Positions 1 through 10,196 are shown, counted from the stretch's first letter. The stretch: DNA of 64,000 nt from Reclinomonas americana ATCC 50394 (GCA_048213135.1 PS015009.1:1612001-1676000); one strand, 5' to 3'. Notes: generated from the sequence alone by a model not told the origin. Numbers and translations: made by a program.

Positions 1-1576
1 TTTTGAGTGAGGTGAATCTTCCGGCAAGAGTGAGGCGCAGTTTGTTGTTGAAGAAACCGAGTTCGTCCTGCAAATACACACCGGTGTAAGCATTGTAATA
101 GCGTACACCCCTTTCGCGGATGTTTTTACTGCGGTCGAATGTGGGAGCAGTGGCTTGTCCGTACACGGGTGCGTAAATGTTGAAGTCGGCACCGCCCAGG
201 GGAGCGCCCTGGTTCCAGTCGTGGAAGTATTCTTTATTGCTGAGGTCAACACCTGCTAGAAGCTTGTGGGTGATGGCACCGGTACGTTCTTCACCGGTAA
301 TAAAGAGCTGCCCCATTTTGCTGGTGCCCAGCACATCCCATATAGAGATGCCGCGCTGCAGCAGGCTGTCGTTGCTGGCATCAAAACCCCAGGGCCACAG
401 GCTGGCGCCTTCCTGGTTATAATTGAAGTACGCGGCCTGTGCGGTAAACTTCCAGTTGTTGTTGATCTTATGATCGAAGATGAGGAGCAGGCTTTGGTCG
501 GTCATCTTTGTGGGTGCGAGGTTGCTCTCTGCTTTGGTAAAGCTTTTGGGCAAATCGGCATAGCCGCGTTTGGAGAACACGTAGTTGGAACCAATCACAT
601 TTACTTCGGAAAACTGGCGGGTGTACTCGGCAGTGAGCGAAGTATGTTCATCGAAAACATATTTAAGCACCGGCACTACGGAGTAGCGGTTGTTGTAATC
701 GAACTTGCGGTGCGAGCCTTTGAGTTGTCCCATCACGTTTAAACGATAGAGGAGTTTGCCGTCTTTAGACAGTTTACCATCCAGGTCGAGCGCTGCACGG
801 TACAGGTCGAAGCTGCCGAGGGAGATGCTGGCTTCGCCTTTGTTGCGACCGCTGGGCTTTTTGGTAACTACATTGTAGAAACCACTGGGGTCGCCATTGG
901 CGAGCATAAAACCTGCGGGGCCTTTTACAAATTCAATACGTTCTACCATGCTCATGTCTTCGGTAAGCGGACCCCAGTCGGTAGACACGTTCATACCATT
1001 GCGGAAGGCGCCTACATTGCTGCCCCGCATGGTGATGCGTGCATAGTTGTCCCAGTGTTCGATACGGGTGGCGCCGCTTACGTTGCGGGTAACGCCTTCG
1101 AGCATATCAAATATCTGCTGGTTGCCGATGAGTTTGGCGGTAACCACCTGCACATTCTGTGGTATCTCAAGAATAGGGCTTTGCAGACGCAGCGAACCGG
1201 AGAGCCTGTTGGTTTTAAAACTGTTCTTATTAGCGACTACCACCACTTCGTTGAGGTCTTTGTTGGAAAGGGTGAGTTTGATGTCGATTGGTGTGGCTTC
1301 GCTGCTTTTTACGGTTACGTCCTGCTCTACGTCTTTATAACCGATGAGGCTGAGCTGCAGGGTATAGGTGCCGGGAGTAAGATTTTTTATTTCGAAGGCA
1401 CCGGTATTGTCGGCCACGGCATTCTTACCGGTGTTCTTAATAATTACGGATACGCCTTCGGCGGGTTTGTTGTCGGATGTGGTGATCTTTCCTTTAATGC
1501 TGCCGGTTGTTTGAGCGAAGCAGTTTAAAGACAATAGCAGTGTAATGAGTAGTGTGCTGATGTTTGTTCTGGTCAT
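1..1576 (-). CDS. TonB-dependent (siderophore-type) receptor; 3' part runs off the left edge of the window
   Basis: Manual minus-strand translation from ATG at 1576: signal peptide MTRTNISTLLITLLLSLNCFAQ, carboxypeptidase-regulatory-like domain, 'LNEVVV', plug motifs 'PILEIPQNVQVV' and 'VERIEFVKGPAGFMLANGDPSGFYNVVTKKP'. Absent from the ORF track because it has no stop in the window. Confidence 0.9.
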   Translation of the reverse strand, partial: MTRTNISTLLITLLLSLNCFAQTTGSIKGKITTSDNKPAEGVSVIIKNTGKNAVADNTGAFEIKNLTPGTYTLQLSLIGYKDVEQDVTVKSSEATPIDIKLTLSNKDLNEVVVVANKNSFKTNRLSGSLRLQSPILEIPQNVQVVTAKLIGNQQIFDMLEGVTRNVSGATRIEHWDNYARITMRGSNVGAFRNGMNVSTDWGPLTEDMSMVERIEFVKGPAGFMLANGDPSGFYNVVTKKPSGRNKGEASISLGSFDLYRAALDLDGKLSKDGKLLYRLNVMGQLKGSHRKFDYNNRYSVVPVLKYVFDEHTSLTAEYTRQFSEVNVIGSNYVFSKRGYADLPKSFTKAESNLAPTKMTDQSLLLIFDHKINNNWKFTAQAAYFNYNQEGASLWPWGFDASNDSLLQRGISIWDVLGTSKMGQLFITGEERTGAITHKLLAGVDLSNKEYFHDWNQGAPLGGADFNIYAPVYGQATAPTFDRSKNIRERGVRYYNAYTGVYLQDELGFFNNKLRLTLAGRFTSLK

Positions 1577-1626
1577 CTGTTTATTTACAATTTTCTGTTT
1601 ACGATTTACGATTGTTTACAGCTGTA

Positions 1627-1690
1627 GTCATGCTGACGCAGGAAGCATCTCATTCAATTGGAAAGAGATCCCTCGTACCTCGGGATGACA
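1627..1690. repeat. Palindromic REP/RPE-like element (GTCAT...ATCTC-N-GAGAT...ATGACA)
   Basis: Related copies at 1885-1944 and 2764-2825, with half-elements at 18837, ~57818 and ~58032. Confidence 0.75.
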
Positions 1691-1751
1691 GCAGGCGGTT
1701 ATTGCTTTTTCAAACGGCAGGCGAGCGTTAAGGAGTCGTCATTAGCAGGCG

Positions 1752-1759
1752 CAAAAGTA
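1752..1759 (-). promoter_or_regulatory. Bacteroidota sigma-A -7 element (TACTTTTG) upstream of the TonB receptor
   Basis: Matches the TAnnTTTG consensus, correct strand. Confidence 0.55.
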
Positions 1760-1869
1760 TTGCAGGTGTGGGGCGTACACTTTGGATATCGGGAAAAGTG
1801 TTTACGAATAAAGGAATGGAAAGGAATTATGACAGAAGGATGATGTGGGAGGTCATGGGTTTGTAATGT

Positions 1870-1993
1870 TAACCGCAGAGAAATGAGATCCCTCGTACCT
1901 CGGGATGACAGCTGCGTCGGGATGACGCTGTACTCGGGATGACAATCCAATAAGGCTTTGCGTAACTCTGCGCTCTTATGTTCTTTGCGGTTA
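1870..1993. repeat. Composite palindromic repeat (TAACCGCAGAGAA...TTCTTTGCGGTTA enclosing GGGATGAC units)
   Basis: Terminal inverted repeat with three internal CGGGATGAC copies. Confidence 0.65.
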
Positions 1994-2755
1994 CTTATGT
2001 TTATTCTTAAAATCCTTCGCACAATCGAGGATGTATTGATTGAATGCAACTTCATCGCTGCCGGACACAAAATCATATGTTGGCCGGTAGATCATCATGA
2101 ATTCAGTCAGTAAGGGCTCCTGTATACCGGTGATGCGGCGCACGAGGGTTTTGTTGAACCTGTAATCGACATAATGATCTTCTTCCTGCTGCTCCAGTCT
2201 TTTTTTGAAAGCCTTCAATCTTTTATTGCGCTGGAAACGGAAGATGTTGATGATCTCGTTCACGTCGGCACCCACCACGCCGTTGTTGGGGTTGATGCCT
2301 GTTTTAAGACCGGGTTTGGTATACCCGAAGATATCGCGGTAGGTTTCGCGGTTCTCTATGGAATCCTGCCGGTACGACCTGGCGTATACGACTACTTCTT
2401 TTAAAGTACTGTACTTACCCTTGATGGTCATGTGCAGGCGGATGTCAAAATGATAAGGATCGGTGATGGCCGTTACGGGAAATTTTTGCGTGGGTTTGCC
2501 ATTATAGCTGAAGGTAACGGAATCGGTAAGGTTAACGATGAGCGAGTAGCGGCCCATGGAATCGGTAACGGTGTGTTGTCCGCCGGTGCTTTGCACTTTT
2601 ACCCCTTCCACCAGGTTGTACCGCGAAGAATCGTATACCGTTCCGCTTAGGGGCACCTGCGCACGGGTGATGGTGGTCACCAGTAAACAAGCCAGTAATG
2701 ATATGCTGGTATAGATCAGTCGCAAATGGTTGTGTTTTGTTGTTGCCGCTTCCAC
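1991..2755 (-). CDS. Secreted protein with carboxypeptidase-regulatory-like N-terminal domain (start uncertain)
   Basis: 254-aa ORF; hydrophobic signal, 'LSGTVYDS...TVTDSMGRYSL', 'LKEVVV'. Confidence 0.75.
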   Translation of the reverse strand: MEAATTKHNHLRLIYTSISLLACLLVTTITRAQVPLSGTVYDSSRYNLVEGVKVQSTGGQHTVTDSMGRYSLIVNLTDSVTFSYNGKPTQKFPVTAITDPYHFDIRLHMTIKGKYSTLKEVVVYARSYRQDSIENRETYRDIFGYTKPGLKTGINPNNGVVGADVNEIINIFRFQRNKRLKAFKKRLEQQEEDHYVDYRFNKTLVRRITGIQEPLLTEFMMIYRPTYDFVSGSDEVAFNQYILDCAKDFKNKHK

Positions 2756-2763
2756 TCCTGGCG

Positions 2764-2825
2764 GTCATGCTGAAGAACGAAGCATCTCTGTCCGAATGAG
2801 ATCCCTCGCTGTGCTCGGGATGACA
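2764..2825. repeat. Palindromic REP/RPE-like element
   Basis: GTCATGCTGAAGAACGAAGCATCTC...GAGATCCCTCGCTGTGCTCGGGATGACA, same family as 1627-1690. Confidence 0.75.
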
Positions 2826-2923
2826 CTAGAAAAGAGAACGGTCGCTCAATTCTTTTTTCAGGGCCGTAATATTACACCAACAATTCTGCATGGAAGAAAA
2901 AGCCATCCTTTTTAACTGCGATT

Positions 2924-3802
2924 TTACTTTTTCAGCAGTTCCTCAATAGCGGCGGGGTAATGGGCATGCTCCAGGGCGTGCACTTTTTGCGCCAGCGTAT
3001 CGGGGGTATCGGCGGGAACGATGGGGCAGCGTGCCTGCAAAATGATGCTGCCATGATCGTACAGTTCATCTACATAATGTATGCTGATGCCGCTTTCGGT
3101 ATCGCCGGAAGCTATAACGGCTTCGTGTACCCGATGGCCGTACATGCCCTTGCCGCCATATTTGGGCAGCAGCGCGGGGTGAATGTTCACAATGCGGTTG
3201 GGGAAGGCCTGCACCAGGGCCGGGGGTACCTTCCAGAGAAAACCGGCCAGCACGAGGAGGTCGGCGCCCTGTAATTCCTTTATATAGCTGTCTTGGTTAA
3301 AAAAGCGGTCTTTTTCAATCATCAGCACGGGTATACCGGCCTGCCGGGCAATGTCGATGACACCTGCACCGGGTTTATTGCAAACTACAAGGCTGATTTG
3401 GGTGCCGGACCCGGCAAAATGTTCTATGATCTTACGGGCATTGCTGCCGGCGCCAGAGGCGAAAATGGCGATAGATTTCTTATTATCTGAATGATTTTCA
3501 GTTGTTTGTGTAGATTTAACTTCCTTTTTACCCGCCATTTTACGGCCTATTTTGCGGATATAATTGCGGAAAAAACGGAACTGTCCCAGCGGAATGCTGA
3601 TGGCCAGCACACACAGGGGCCACAGCAGGGTAATGAGTATTACATATAAAATCACCCACAGCACCCCCTTATCCAGCCCGGTAAGCAAAAGCAGCTTACG
3701 GCCCAGGTAACCGCAGAGGCTTCCGCCGAGTGCAAAAGTGGTGATAATCAGCAGGAGGTTGAGGCCATTTACCTTCCAGCGTTCCTGAAGTCGTTGAAAC
3801 AT
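2924..3802 (-). CDS. purN: Phosphoribosylglycinamide formyltransferase with fused N-terminal membrane domain (DUF6787-like)
   Basis: 'IAIFASGAGSN', 'LAGFLW', 'IVNIHPALLPKYGG', 'GISIHYVDELYDHG'; first ~90 aa contain two hydrophobic helices. Confidence 0.9.
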   Translation of the reverse strand: MFQRLQERWKVNGLNLLLIITTFALGGSLCGYLGRKLLLLTGLDKGVLWVILYVILITLLWPLCVLAISIPLGQFRFFRNYIRKIGRKMAGKKEVKSTQTTENHSDNKKSIAIFASGAGSNARKIIEHFAGSGTQISLVVCNKPGAGVIDIARQAGIPVLMIEKDRFFNQDSYIKELQGADLLVLAGFLWKVPPALVQAFPNRIVNIHPALLPKYGGKGMYGHRVHEAVIASGDTESGISIHYVDELYDHGSIILQARCPIVPADTPDTLAQKVHALEHAHYPAAIEELLKK

Positions 3803-3984
3803 GGCGCAAAAGTGGGCCAAAAAATCGGTTATTCACCACCGGGAAAGGAAAAAAATTGCCTTGGGATAGGGGTTTACAAATACATGACAATCACTATATG
3901 GGATGGGTCAAAATCGGCTGAAAATCAAGCTGGATATGGGAAAAAAAATTTAACAAATGTTGGTATTATGTCACCGTCCTGTCT

Positions 3985-3992
3985 TATTTTTG
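3985..3992 (+). promoter_or_regulatory. -7 promoter element (TATTTTTG) of the act/cox operon
   Basis: TAnnTTTG match about 45 nt upstream of actA. Confidence 0.6.
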
Positions 3993-4037
3993 CACGCAAT
4001 TAAGGATATTTTTCCACATTAGCCCGCAAATAACTGT

Positions 4038-5318
4038 ATGAGTCGCTATAGCATGATATTTAACAAAATTTTTGCCTGCCTTCTCCTCATTAGTCTCCTT
4101 AGTTTTTCTGAAAAATCTTTCGCTGCTGACGGAGAAGCTCTGTTCAAGGCAAACTGCGCCAGTTGTCATAAGGTAGATAAAGACTTTACGGGTCCTGCCC
4201 TGAAAGGCTGGAAAGACCGGGTACCGAAAGGCGACTGGATTTACAAGTGGATCGCCAATCCTCCCGGAATGATCGAGACTGACGCATATGCGAAAACGCT
4301 GGCGGCTAAGTGGAAACCTACCGTTATGACGGCTTTCAACACTTTGAAGAAAGATGAGGTTGACGCGATCCTGAAATATGTGGATGAATATACTCCGCCA
4401 CAACCCGGAGGTCCTGGCGGAGCCACTACAGAATCAGCTGACGGCGGCACCCTCCTCTTCGGTATTCTTACTTTATTATTAGCACTCATCGCGTTTATAT
4501 TAATACAGGTAAACAGCAACCTGAAAAAACTGTCTGACGAAAAAGACGGCATCAAACGTTCTGAACCTGTTCCTTTCTACCGCAACAAAACTTACTTAAT
4601 GGCCGGCATCCTGCTGCTGTTCGCAGTTGGCGGTTACTATACTATTAATGGTGCGATAGGCCTGGGCCGTCAGAAAAACTACCAGCCTGTTCAGCCGATC
4701 TACTATTCTCACAAAGTACACGCCGGCACCAACCAGATCAGTTGCCTGTACTGCCACGGCAGCGCACAGGACAGCAAAACTGCAGGTATCCCTTCTGTTA
4801 ACGTTTGTATGAACTGCCACAAATCCATCGCCACTTACGAAGGGCCGGATAAACTGGAAAGGGAGGACGGCACTGCCGTAAACGGTACGGAAGAAATACA
4901 CAAACTGTATGCTTATGCCGGATGGGATCCCGTAGCTAAAAAATACAACCCCGACAATAACGGCGACGGCATGCCTGATGGCGCCCGCCCGATTGAATGG
5001 GTTAAAATTCACAACCTGCCCGACCACGTATACTTCAACCACAGCCAGCACGTAAAAGTGGGTAAACAACAATGCCAGACCTGCCACGGTAATATCCAGC
5101 AGATGGGCGAGGTTTACCAGTTCCAGGACCTGAGCATGGGATGGTGTATCAACTGTCACAGGGATACCAAGGTTGACTTCTTCAATAAAGCCGATAGCAC
5201 CGGAAATAAATTCTATAGCATTTACGAGAAATTCCACCGCGATCTGAAGAACCATAAACTGGATAGCGTGACTGTAGAGAAGATCGGTGGAACCGAATGT
5301 CAGAAATGCCACTATTAA
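4038..5318 (+). CDS. actA: Alternative complex III subunit ActA, multiheme cytochrome c
   Basis: Six CxxCH motifs (CASCH, CLYCH, CMNCH, CQTCH, CINCH, CQKCH), two TM helices, first gene of the cluster. Confidence 0.92.
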   Translation: MSRYSMIFNKIFACLLLISLLSFSEKSFAADGEALFKANCASCHKVDKDFTGPALKGWKDRVPKGDWIYKWIANPPGMIETDAYAKTLAAKWKPTVMTAFNTLKKDEVDAILKYVDEYTPPQPGGPGGATTESADGGTLLFGILTLLLALIAFILIQVNSNLKKLSDEKDGIKRSEPVPFYRNKTYLMAGILLLFAVGGYYTINGAIGLGRQKNYQPVQPIYYSHKVHAGTNQISCLYCHGSAQDSKTAGIPSVNVCMNCHKSIATYEGPDKLEREDGTAVNGTEEIHKLYAYAGWDPVAKKYNPDNNGDGMPDGARPIEWVKIHNLPDHVYFNHSQHVKVGKQQCQTCHGNIQQMGEVYQFQDLSMGWCINCHRDTKVDFFNKADSTGNKFYSIYEKFHRDLKNHKLDSVTVEKIGGTECQKCHY

Positions 5319-5393
5319 TGGCCATGCGAGAACGAGGCTTGTAGCAGATCCCCGTTTTCAAATTTTCAAACTGTCGAATTTTCAAATTGTATT

Positions 5394-8300
5394 ATGAGTA
5401 AGAAAAAGTACTGGCAAAGTTTTGGAGAACTGAATCAGAGTGACAACTTTCAGGACACATCCAAAAACGAATTCAAAGAAGAGCTGCTGCCACTGGCGGA
5501 CCTCGACGACAAGGGAATTCTGGATGCCAAAACGCCCCGCAGGGACTTCCTGAAATACCTGGGCTTCAGCACCGCCGCTGCCGCAGTGGCCGCCAGTTGC
5601 GAAATGCCCGTACGTAAAGCAGTGCCTTACCTGCAGCGCCCCGACAACGTGATACCCGGCGTGGCCAACTACTACGCTTCTACCTATATCAATGGCGGCG
5701 ACGCTATTCCGGTAGTGGTAAAACAAAGGGACGGCCGCCCTATCAAAATAGAGGGTAACGAACTCTCCTCCATCACTAAAGGTGGTACCAGTGCCCAGTC
5801 ACAGGCTTCTGTACTCGACCTGTACGATACCACCCGCCTGCGCTATCCTATGCAGAAAGACGGTGCCGACTTTAAAGAAGTAACAACTTTCGACAATTTT
5901 GATAAAATGGTGGGTGCTGCCATCGCCGGTAAAGCGGTTGCACTGGTTACGCCAACCCTCAACTCGCCATCTGCCCAGCAGGTGATCACCGAGTTCATCG
6001 CCAAATACCCCGGCAGCCGCCATGTACAATACGATGCGGTAAGCTACACCGGTATGCTGCTGGCCAACGAAGCCAGCTACGGCAAAAAAGCCATCCCTAC
6101 CTATCATTTCGACGCGGCTAAAGTAATTGTAAGCCTGGCCGCCGATTTCCTGGGTACCTGGGTTAGCCCGACAGAGTTCAGCAAACAATACGCTGCCAAG
6201 CGTAAAGTGACCGGTGAAAAACCCGAGCAGAACCGTCACATCCATTTTGAAAGCATCATGAGCCTCACCGGCAGTAACGCCGATGACCGCTACATACATA
6301 AGCCGTCTGAAACCGGCGCCATCGCCGTTGCCCTGCTCAATGCAGTGAATGGCGGAGCTGCTGGCCTGTCTGACAAAAAACTGAACGACGCCGTTACCAA
6401 AACCGCCGCCGAGCTGAAAGCAGCTGCAGGCCAGGCCCTGGTAGTGAGCGGCAGCAACGATGTGAATGTACAGATCATCGTTAACGCCATCAACGAAGCG
6501 ATTGGTGCTAACGGTAAAACGATCAACTGGGCGGTAACGTCCAACGTTCGTGCAGGCATCGATGCCGACATGACCCAACTGGTGGCCGACATCAATGCCG
6601 GTACCATTGGCGCGGTAATCATCAGCGGTGTGAACCCTTCTTACAGCTATGCCGGAAGGAAAGAGTTCAACGCGGCGCTGGCCAAAGTGGTAAGCATTTC
6701 TTTCAATGCCGCCATGGACGAAACCACCGAACTGTGTAAATACGTTCTCCCTGCTCACCACTGGCTGGAAAGCTGGGGCGACGCGGAAATAAAAACAGGT
6801 TACTTCAGCCTGTTACAACCTACCATTAACCCGCTGTTCAAAACAAGGGCATGGCAAACCTCCCTGCTGAAATGGGCAGGCAGCACCACGCCTGATTACG
6901 AAACGGCTTTCAGGAATTTCTGGACTACCAAACTGGGCAGTGCAGACCTGTACAACAAAGCCCTGCAGGATGGTGTGGTAGAGCCAGCCGGCGCTATGCC
7001 TGTTGGCGGAGGCGCTTACAACGGCGGTAAAGTAGAAGAGGCCAAATCAAAGATTGCCGCGGTAAAAGGTGGTGAATATGAACTGGTGATCTACGAAAAA
7101 TCAACACTCGGTAACGGTGCGCAGGCAAACAACCCCTGGTTGCAGGAAACGCCTGACCCCATCTCTAAAGTAACATGGGACAACTATGTACTGATGGGCA
7201 CCGCGATGTATAAAAAATTATACGGTAAAGACATCCTGGGTAAAGCCGGTGATTCTGACGCGTATGAAGTACACCCTGAAAAACCAGTGGTGAAAGTGAC
7301 TGCCGCTAATGGCGAGTCTGTGGAACTGCCGATACTGGTTATCCCCGGCATTCAGCCCAACACCATCGGTATTGCCGTGGGTTACGGAAGGAAGAGCTCG
7401 AAAGATAAAGACGGAGAGTGGGACAAAACAAAAGAAAACATTGGCCGTGCCGCGGCCGGCGCCGGTAAGAACGTTTACCCGCTGATTGGTACCGACGGCA
7501 CCAGCCTGCAATACAACGGTGTAGTTAAGCTGGAAAAAACCAGTCACACTTACCCGCTGGCACAAACGCAGGTGCATGGTTTCACTGAAAGCCGCCCGGT
7601 GATCTACGAAACCAACCTGGCCAGTTTCACCGCCAACCCCGAAGCCCTGCTGGAGGAAGCACGTGAAGAAAAAAGGATGACTACTGCCAACGGCAGCGAA
7701 GACTTTGTAAAGGACGCTACCATTTACCCCGACTATGTGAAGCCGGGCATCAAATGGGGCATGAGCATTGATCTGAATACCTGTACCGGTTGCAGCGCCT
7801 GCGTGGTGGCCTGTACAGCAGAAAATAACGTAAGCGTGGTAGGTAAAACGCAGGTACAGCGTGCACACGAAATGCACTGGCTGCGTATTGACCGCTACTT
7901 CACTTTTAACAACGAAGATCACGAAAACGTGGATGTAGTGTTCCAGCCGATGCTGTGCCAGCACTGTGATAACGCTCCTTGTGAGAACGTTTGCCCGGTA
8001 GCCGCTACCAACCACAGCACAGAAGGTTTGAACCAGATGACGTACAACCGTTGTATCGGTACACGTTACTGCGCTAACAACTGTCCGTATAAAGTACGCC
8101 GTTTCAACTGGCTCGACTTTACCGGTGCCGACAGCTTCCCCGACAACCAGAAACCGCTGATTGGCGTGGATATGGATGACGTGGTGCTGCAAATGAACGA
8201 CGACCTCACCCGCATGGTACTGAATCCTGATGTAACGGTTCGTTCAAGGGGTGTGATCGAAAAATGTTCTTTCTGCGTTCAGCGTTTACAGGAAAGCAAA

Positions 8301-8594
8301 CTGGAAGCGAAGAAAGCCCAGGATCCTTCACTGGTTCGCAACGTGAAAGTGGCTTGTGCGCAGGCTTGTCCGAGCGACTGTATCACTTTCGGTAACGTAA
8401 ACGATCCGGAAAGTGAAGTATCAAAAGCAAGGAAAGACACTCACCGTGCTTTCTATGTGCTGGAACAACTGCACGTACTGCCGAATGTAAACTACCTGGC
8501 CAAAGTAAGGAACACCGAAAGGCACATTGGCGCGGAAGAAGGACACGGCAGCGAGAAGCATGAAGCTAAAAAAGAAGAGAAAGCACACGCTTAA
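5394..8594 (+). CDS. actB: ACIII subunit ActB (Tat-exported molybdopterin-oxidoreductase-like plus Fe-S domains)
   Basis: Tat motif 'RRDFLK'; ferredoxin motifs CTGCSACVVAC, CQHCDNAPCENVCP, CIGTRYCANNCPY, CSFC. Confidence 0.95.
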   Translation: MSKKKYWQSFGELNQSDNFQDTSKNEFKEELLPLADLDDKGILDAKTPRRDFLKYLGFSTAAAAVAASCEMPVRKAVPYLQRPDNVIPGVANYYASTYINGGDAIPVVVKQRDGRPIKIEGNELSSITKGGTSAQSQASVLDLYDTTRLRYPMQKDGADFKEVTTFDNFDKMVGAAIAGKAVALVTPTLNSPSAQQVITEFIAKYPGSRHVQYDAVSYTGMLLANEASYGKKAIPTYHFDAAKVIVSLAADFLGTWVSPTEFSKQYAAKRKVTGEKPEQNRHIHFESIMSLTGSNADDRYIHKPSETGAIAVALLNAVNGGAAGLSDKKLNDAVTKTAAELKAAAGQALVVSGSNDVNVQIIVNAINEAIGANGKTINWAVTSNVRAGIDADMTQLVADINAGTIGAVIISGVNPSYSYAGRKEFNAALAKVVSISFNAAMDETTELCKYVLPAHHWLESWGDAEIKTGYFSLLQPTINPLFKTRAWQTSLLKWAGSTTPDYETAFRNFWTTKLGSADLYNKALQDGVVEPAGAMPVGGGAYNGGKVEEAKSKIAAVKGGEYELVIYEKSTLGNGAQANNPWLQETPDPISKVTWDNYVLMGTAMYKKLYGKDILGKAGDSDAYEVHPEKPVVKVTAANGESVELPILVIPGIQPNTIGIAVGYGRKSSKDKDGEWDKTKENIGRAAAGAGKNVYPLIGTDGTSLQYNGVVKLEKTSHTYPLAQTQVHGFTESRPVIYETNLASFTANPEALLEEAREEKRMTTANGSEDFVKDATIYPDYVKPGIKWGMSIDLNTCTGCSACVVACTAENNVSVVGKTQVQRAHEMHWLRIDRYFTFNNEDHENVDVVFQPMLCQHCDNAPCENVCPVAATNHSTEGLNQMTYNRCIGTRYCANNCPYKVRRFNWLDFTGADSFPDNQKPLIGVDMDDVVLQMNDDLTRMVLNPDVTVRSRGVIEKCSFCVQRLQESKLEAKKAQDPSLVRNVKVACAQACPSDCITFGNVNDPESEVSKARKDTHRAFYVLEQLHVLPNVNYLAKVRNTERHIGAEEGHGSEKHEAKKEEKAHA

Positions 8595-8697
8595 TAAGTA
8601 AAAACTAAAAATTAAAAAGTAAAAAACTAAAACAAGAAAGCAGGAAGCAACGCTTCAACTTTTGACTTTTAACTTTTGACTTTTGACTTTATACTTT
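8595..8697. repeat. Inverted heptamer-repeat tract (AAAACTA-like / TTTTGAC-like)
   Basis: A-rich 7-mers followed by TTTTGAC/TTTTAAC 7-mers; could fold into a long hairpin. Confidence 0.6.
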
Positions 8698-8702
8698 AAG
8701 AT

Positions 8703-10154
8703 ATGTCATTACTGAAGTACGAATCGCAACAAAGGGAACCGCTGGTAGACGGTAATAAGGATTACCACCAGGTAACGGAAGACATCATCCGTCCCATTGA
8801 GATGAAGCCCAGTCGCCTCTGGTATATTGGCTTCTTCATCAGTGTAGGATTATTGTTATTTGGTGTGTACAGCGTTTACCGCGAGGTGACCTACGGTATC
8901 GGTCAGTGGAACCTGAACAAAACCATCGGCTGGGGTTGGGATATCACCAACTTCGTATGGTGGGTAGGTATCGGTCACGCCGGAACCCTCATCTCCGCGA
9001 TCCTGCTCCTGTTCCGCCAGGGATGGAGAACAGGTGTTAACCGTGCGGCGGAAGCGATGACGATTTTCGCGGTAATGTGCGCCGGCCAGTTCCCGATCTG
9101 GCACATGGGTCGTGTATGGATGGCCTTCTTCGTACTGCCTTACCCCAATACCCGTGGCCCGCTGTGGGTGAACTTCAACTCACCACTGCTGTGGGACGTG
9201 TTCGCGATCTCAACGTATTTCACCGTATCTCTCCTGTTCTGGTACAGCGGTCTGCTGCCTGACTTCGCAACCGTAAGGGACAGGGCCAAAACCAAACTGC
9301 GTAAATTATTATATGGTATCGCCGCTTTCGGCTGGACGGGCAGTACCAAACACTGGCAACGCCACGAATCGCTTTCCCTTGTACTGGCAGGTTTGAGTAC
9401 ACCACTCGTACTTTCCGTACACACCATCGTATCATTTGACTTTGCCACATCGGTAGTACCGGGCTGGCACACCACCATCTTCCCGCCTTACTTCGTTGCG
9501 GGTGCGATCTTCTCCGGTTTTGCCATGGTGCAAACCCTGATGATCGTGGTGCGCAAAGTGCTGAACCTGCAGGATTACATCACGCTGGGTCACATTGAAG
9601 CGATGAACAAAGTAATTGTACTGACGGGCAGTATCGTGGGTTGTGCCTACTTAACCGAATTGTTTATTGCCTGGTACGGACAGAACCAGTACGAGCAATG
9701 GGCGTTCTTCGAAAACAGGGGTAACCTGTTCAGCCCTTATGGCTGGAGCTACTACCTGATGATGTTCTGTAACGTGGTATCGCCGCAGTTGTTCTGGAGC
9801 CGCAAGCTCAGGAGGAACATCACCGTTACCTTCTTCATGAGTATTATCGTGAACATTGGTATGTGGTTCGAACGTTTTGTGATCATCGTTACTTCTGTGT
9901 ACAGGGACTTCCTGCCATCGAGCTGGAGTACGTACTACAGCCCCAGCATCTGGGAGATCGGTTTCTATCTCGGTACATTCGGCCTGTTCTTCACCTGCTT
10001 CTTCCTGTTCGGTAAATACTTCCCGACTATCGCGGTAGCAGAGATCAAATCGATCCTGAAAACATCAGGCGAGAATTACAAGGCGAAGATGACCGATATT
10101 GAAAAACAGGACGCTGAAAAATTCTATATAGAAGAAGTGGGACATCACCACTAA
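8703..10154 (+). CDS. actC: ACIII subunit ActC (NrfD/PsrC family)
   Basis: 'WDITNFVWWVGIGHAGTLISA', 'RAAEAMT', polytopic membrane protein. Confidence 0.95.
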   Translation: MSLLKYESQQREPLVDGNKDYHQVTEDIIRPIEMKPSRLWYIGFFISVGLLLFGVYSVYREVTYGIGQWNLNKTIGWGWDITNFVWWVGIGHAGTLISAILLLFRQGWRTGVNRAAEAMTIFAVMCAGQFPIWHMGRVWMAFFVLPYPNTRGPLWVNFNSPLLWDVFAISTYFTVSLLFWYSGLLPDFATVRDRAKTKLRKLLYGIAAFGWTGSTKHWQRHESLSLVLAGLSTPLVLSVHTIVSFDFATSVVPGWHTTIFPPYFVAGAIFSGFAMVQTLMIVVRKVLNLQDYITLGHIEAMNKVIVLTGSIVGCAYLTELFIAWYGQNQYEQWAFFENRGNLFSPYGWSYYLMMFCNVVSPQLFWSRKLRRNITVTFFMSIIVNIGMWFERFVIIVTSVYRDFLPSSWSTYYSPSIWEIGFYLGTFGLFFTCFFLFGKYFPTIAVAEIKSILKTSGENYKAKMTDIEKQDAEKFYIEEVGHHH

Positions 10155-10196
10155 GATTGAAAAAGACTAAATCGTTTATTCGTAATAATAACTATT

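Noticed and set aside
1577-1860. Cobalamin or other riboswitch upstream of the TonB receptor
   Set aside because: I could not recognise a B12 box or other aptamer consensus; the hairpins belong to a dispersed repeat family.
1699-2076. 125-aa minus-strand ORF
   Set aside because: It overlaps the end of the real gene, palindromic repeats and a promoter, and has no protein-like features.
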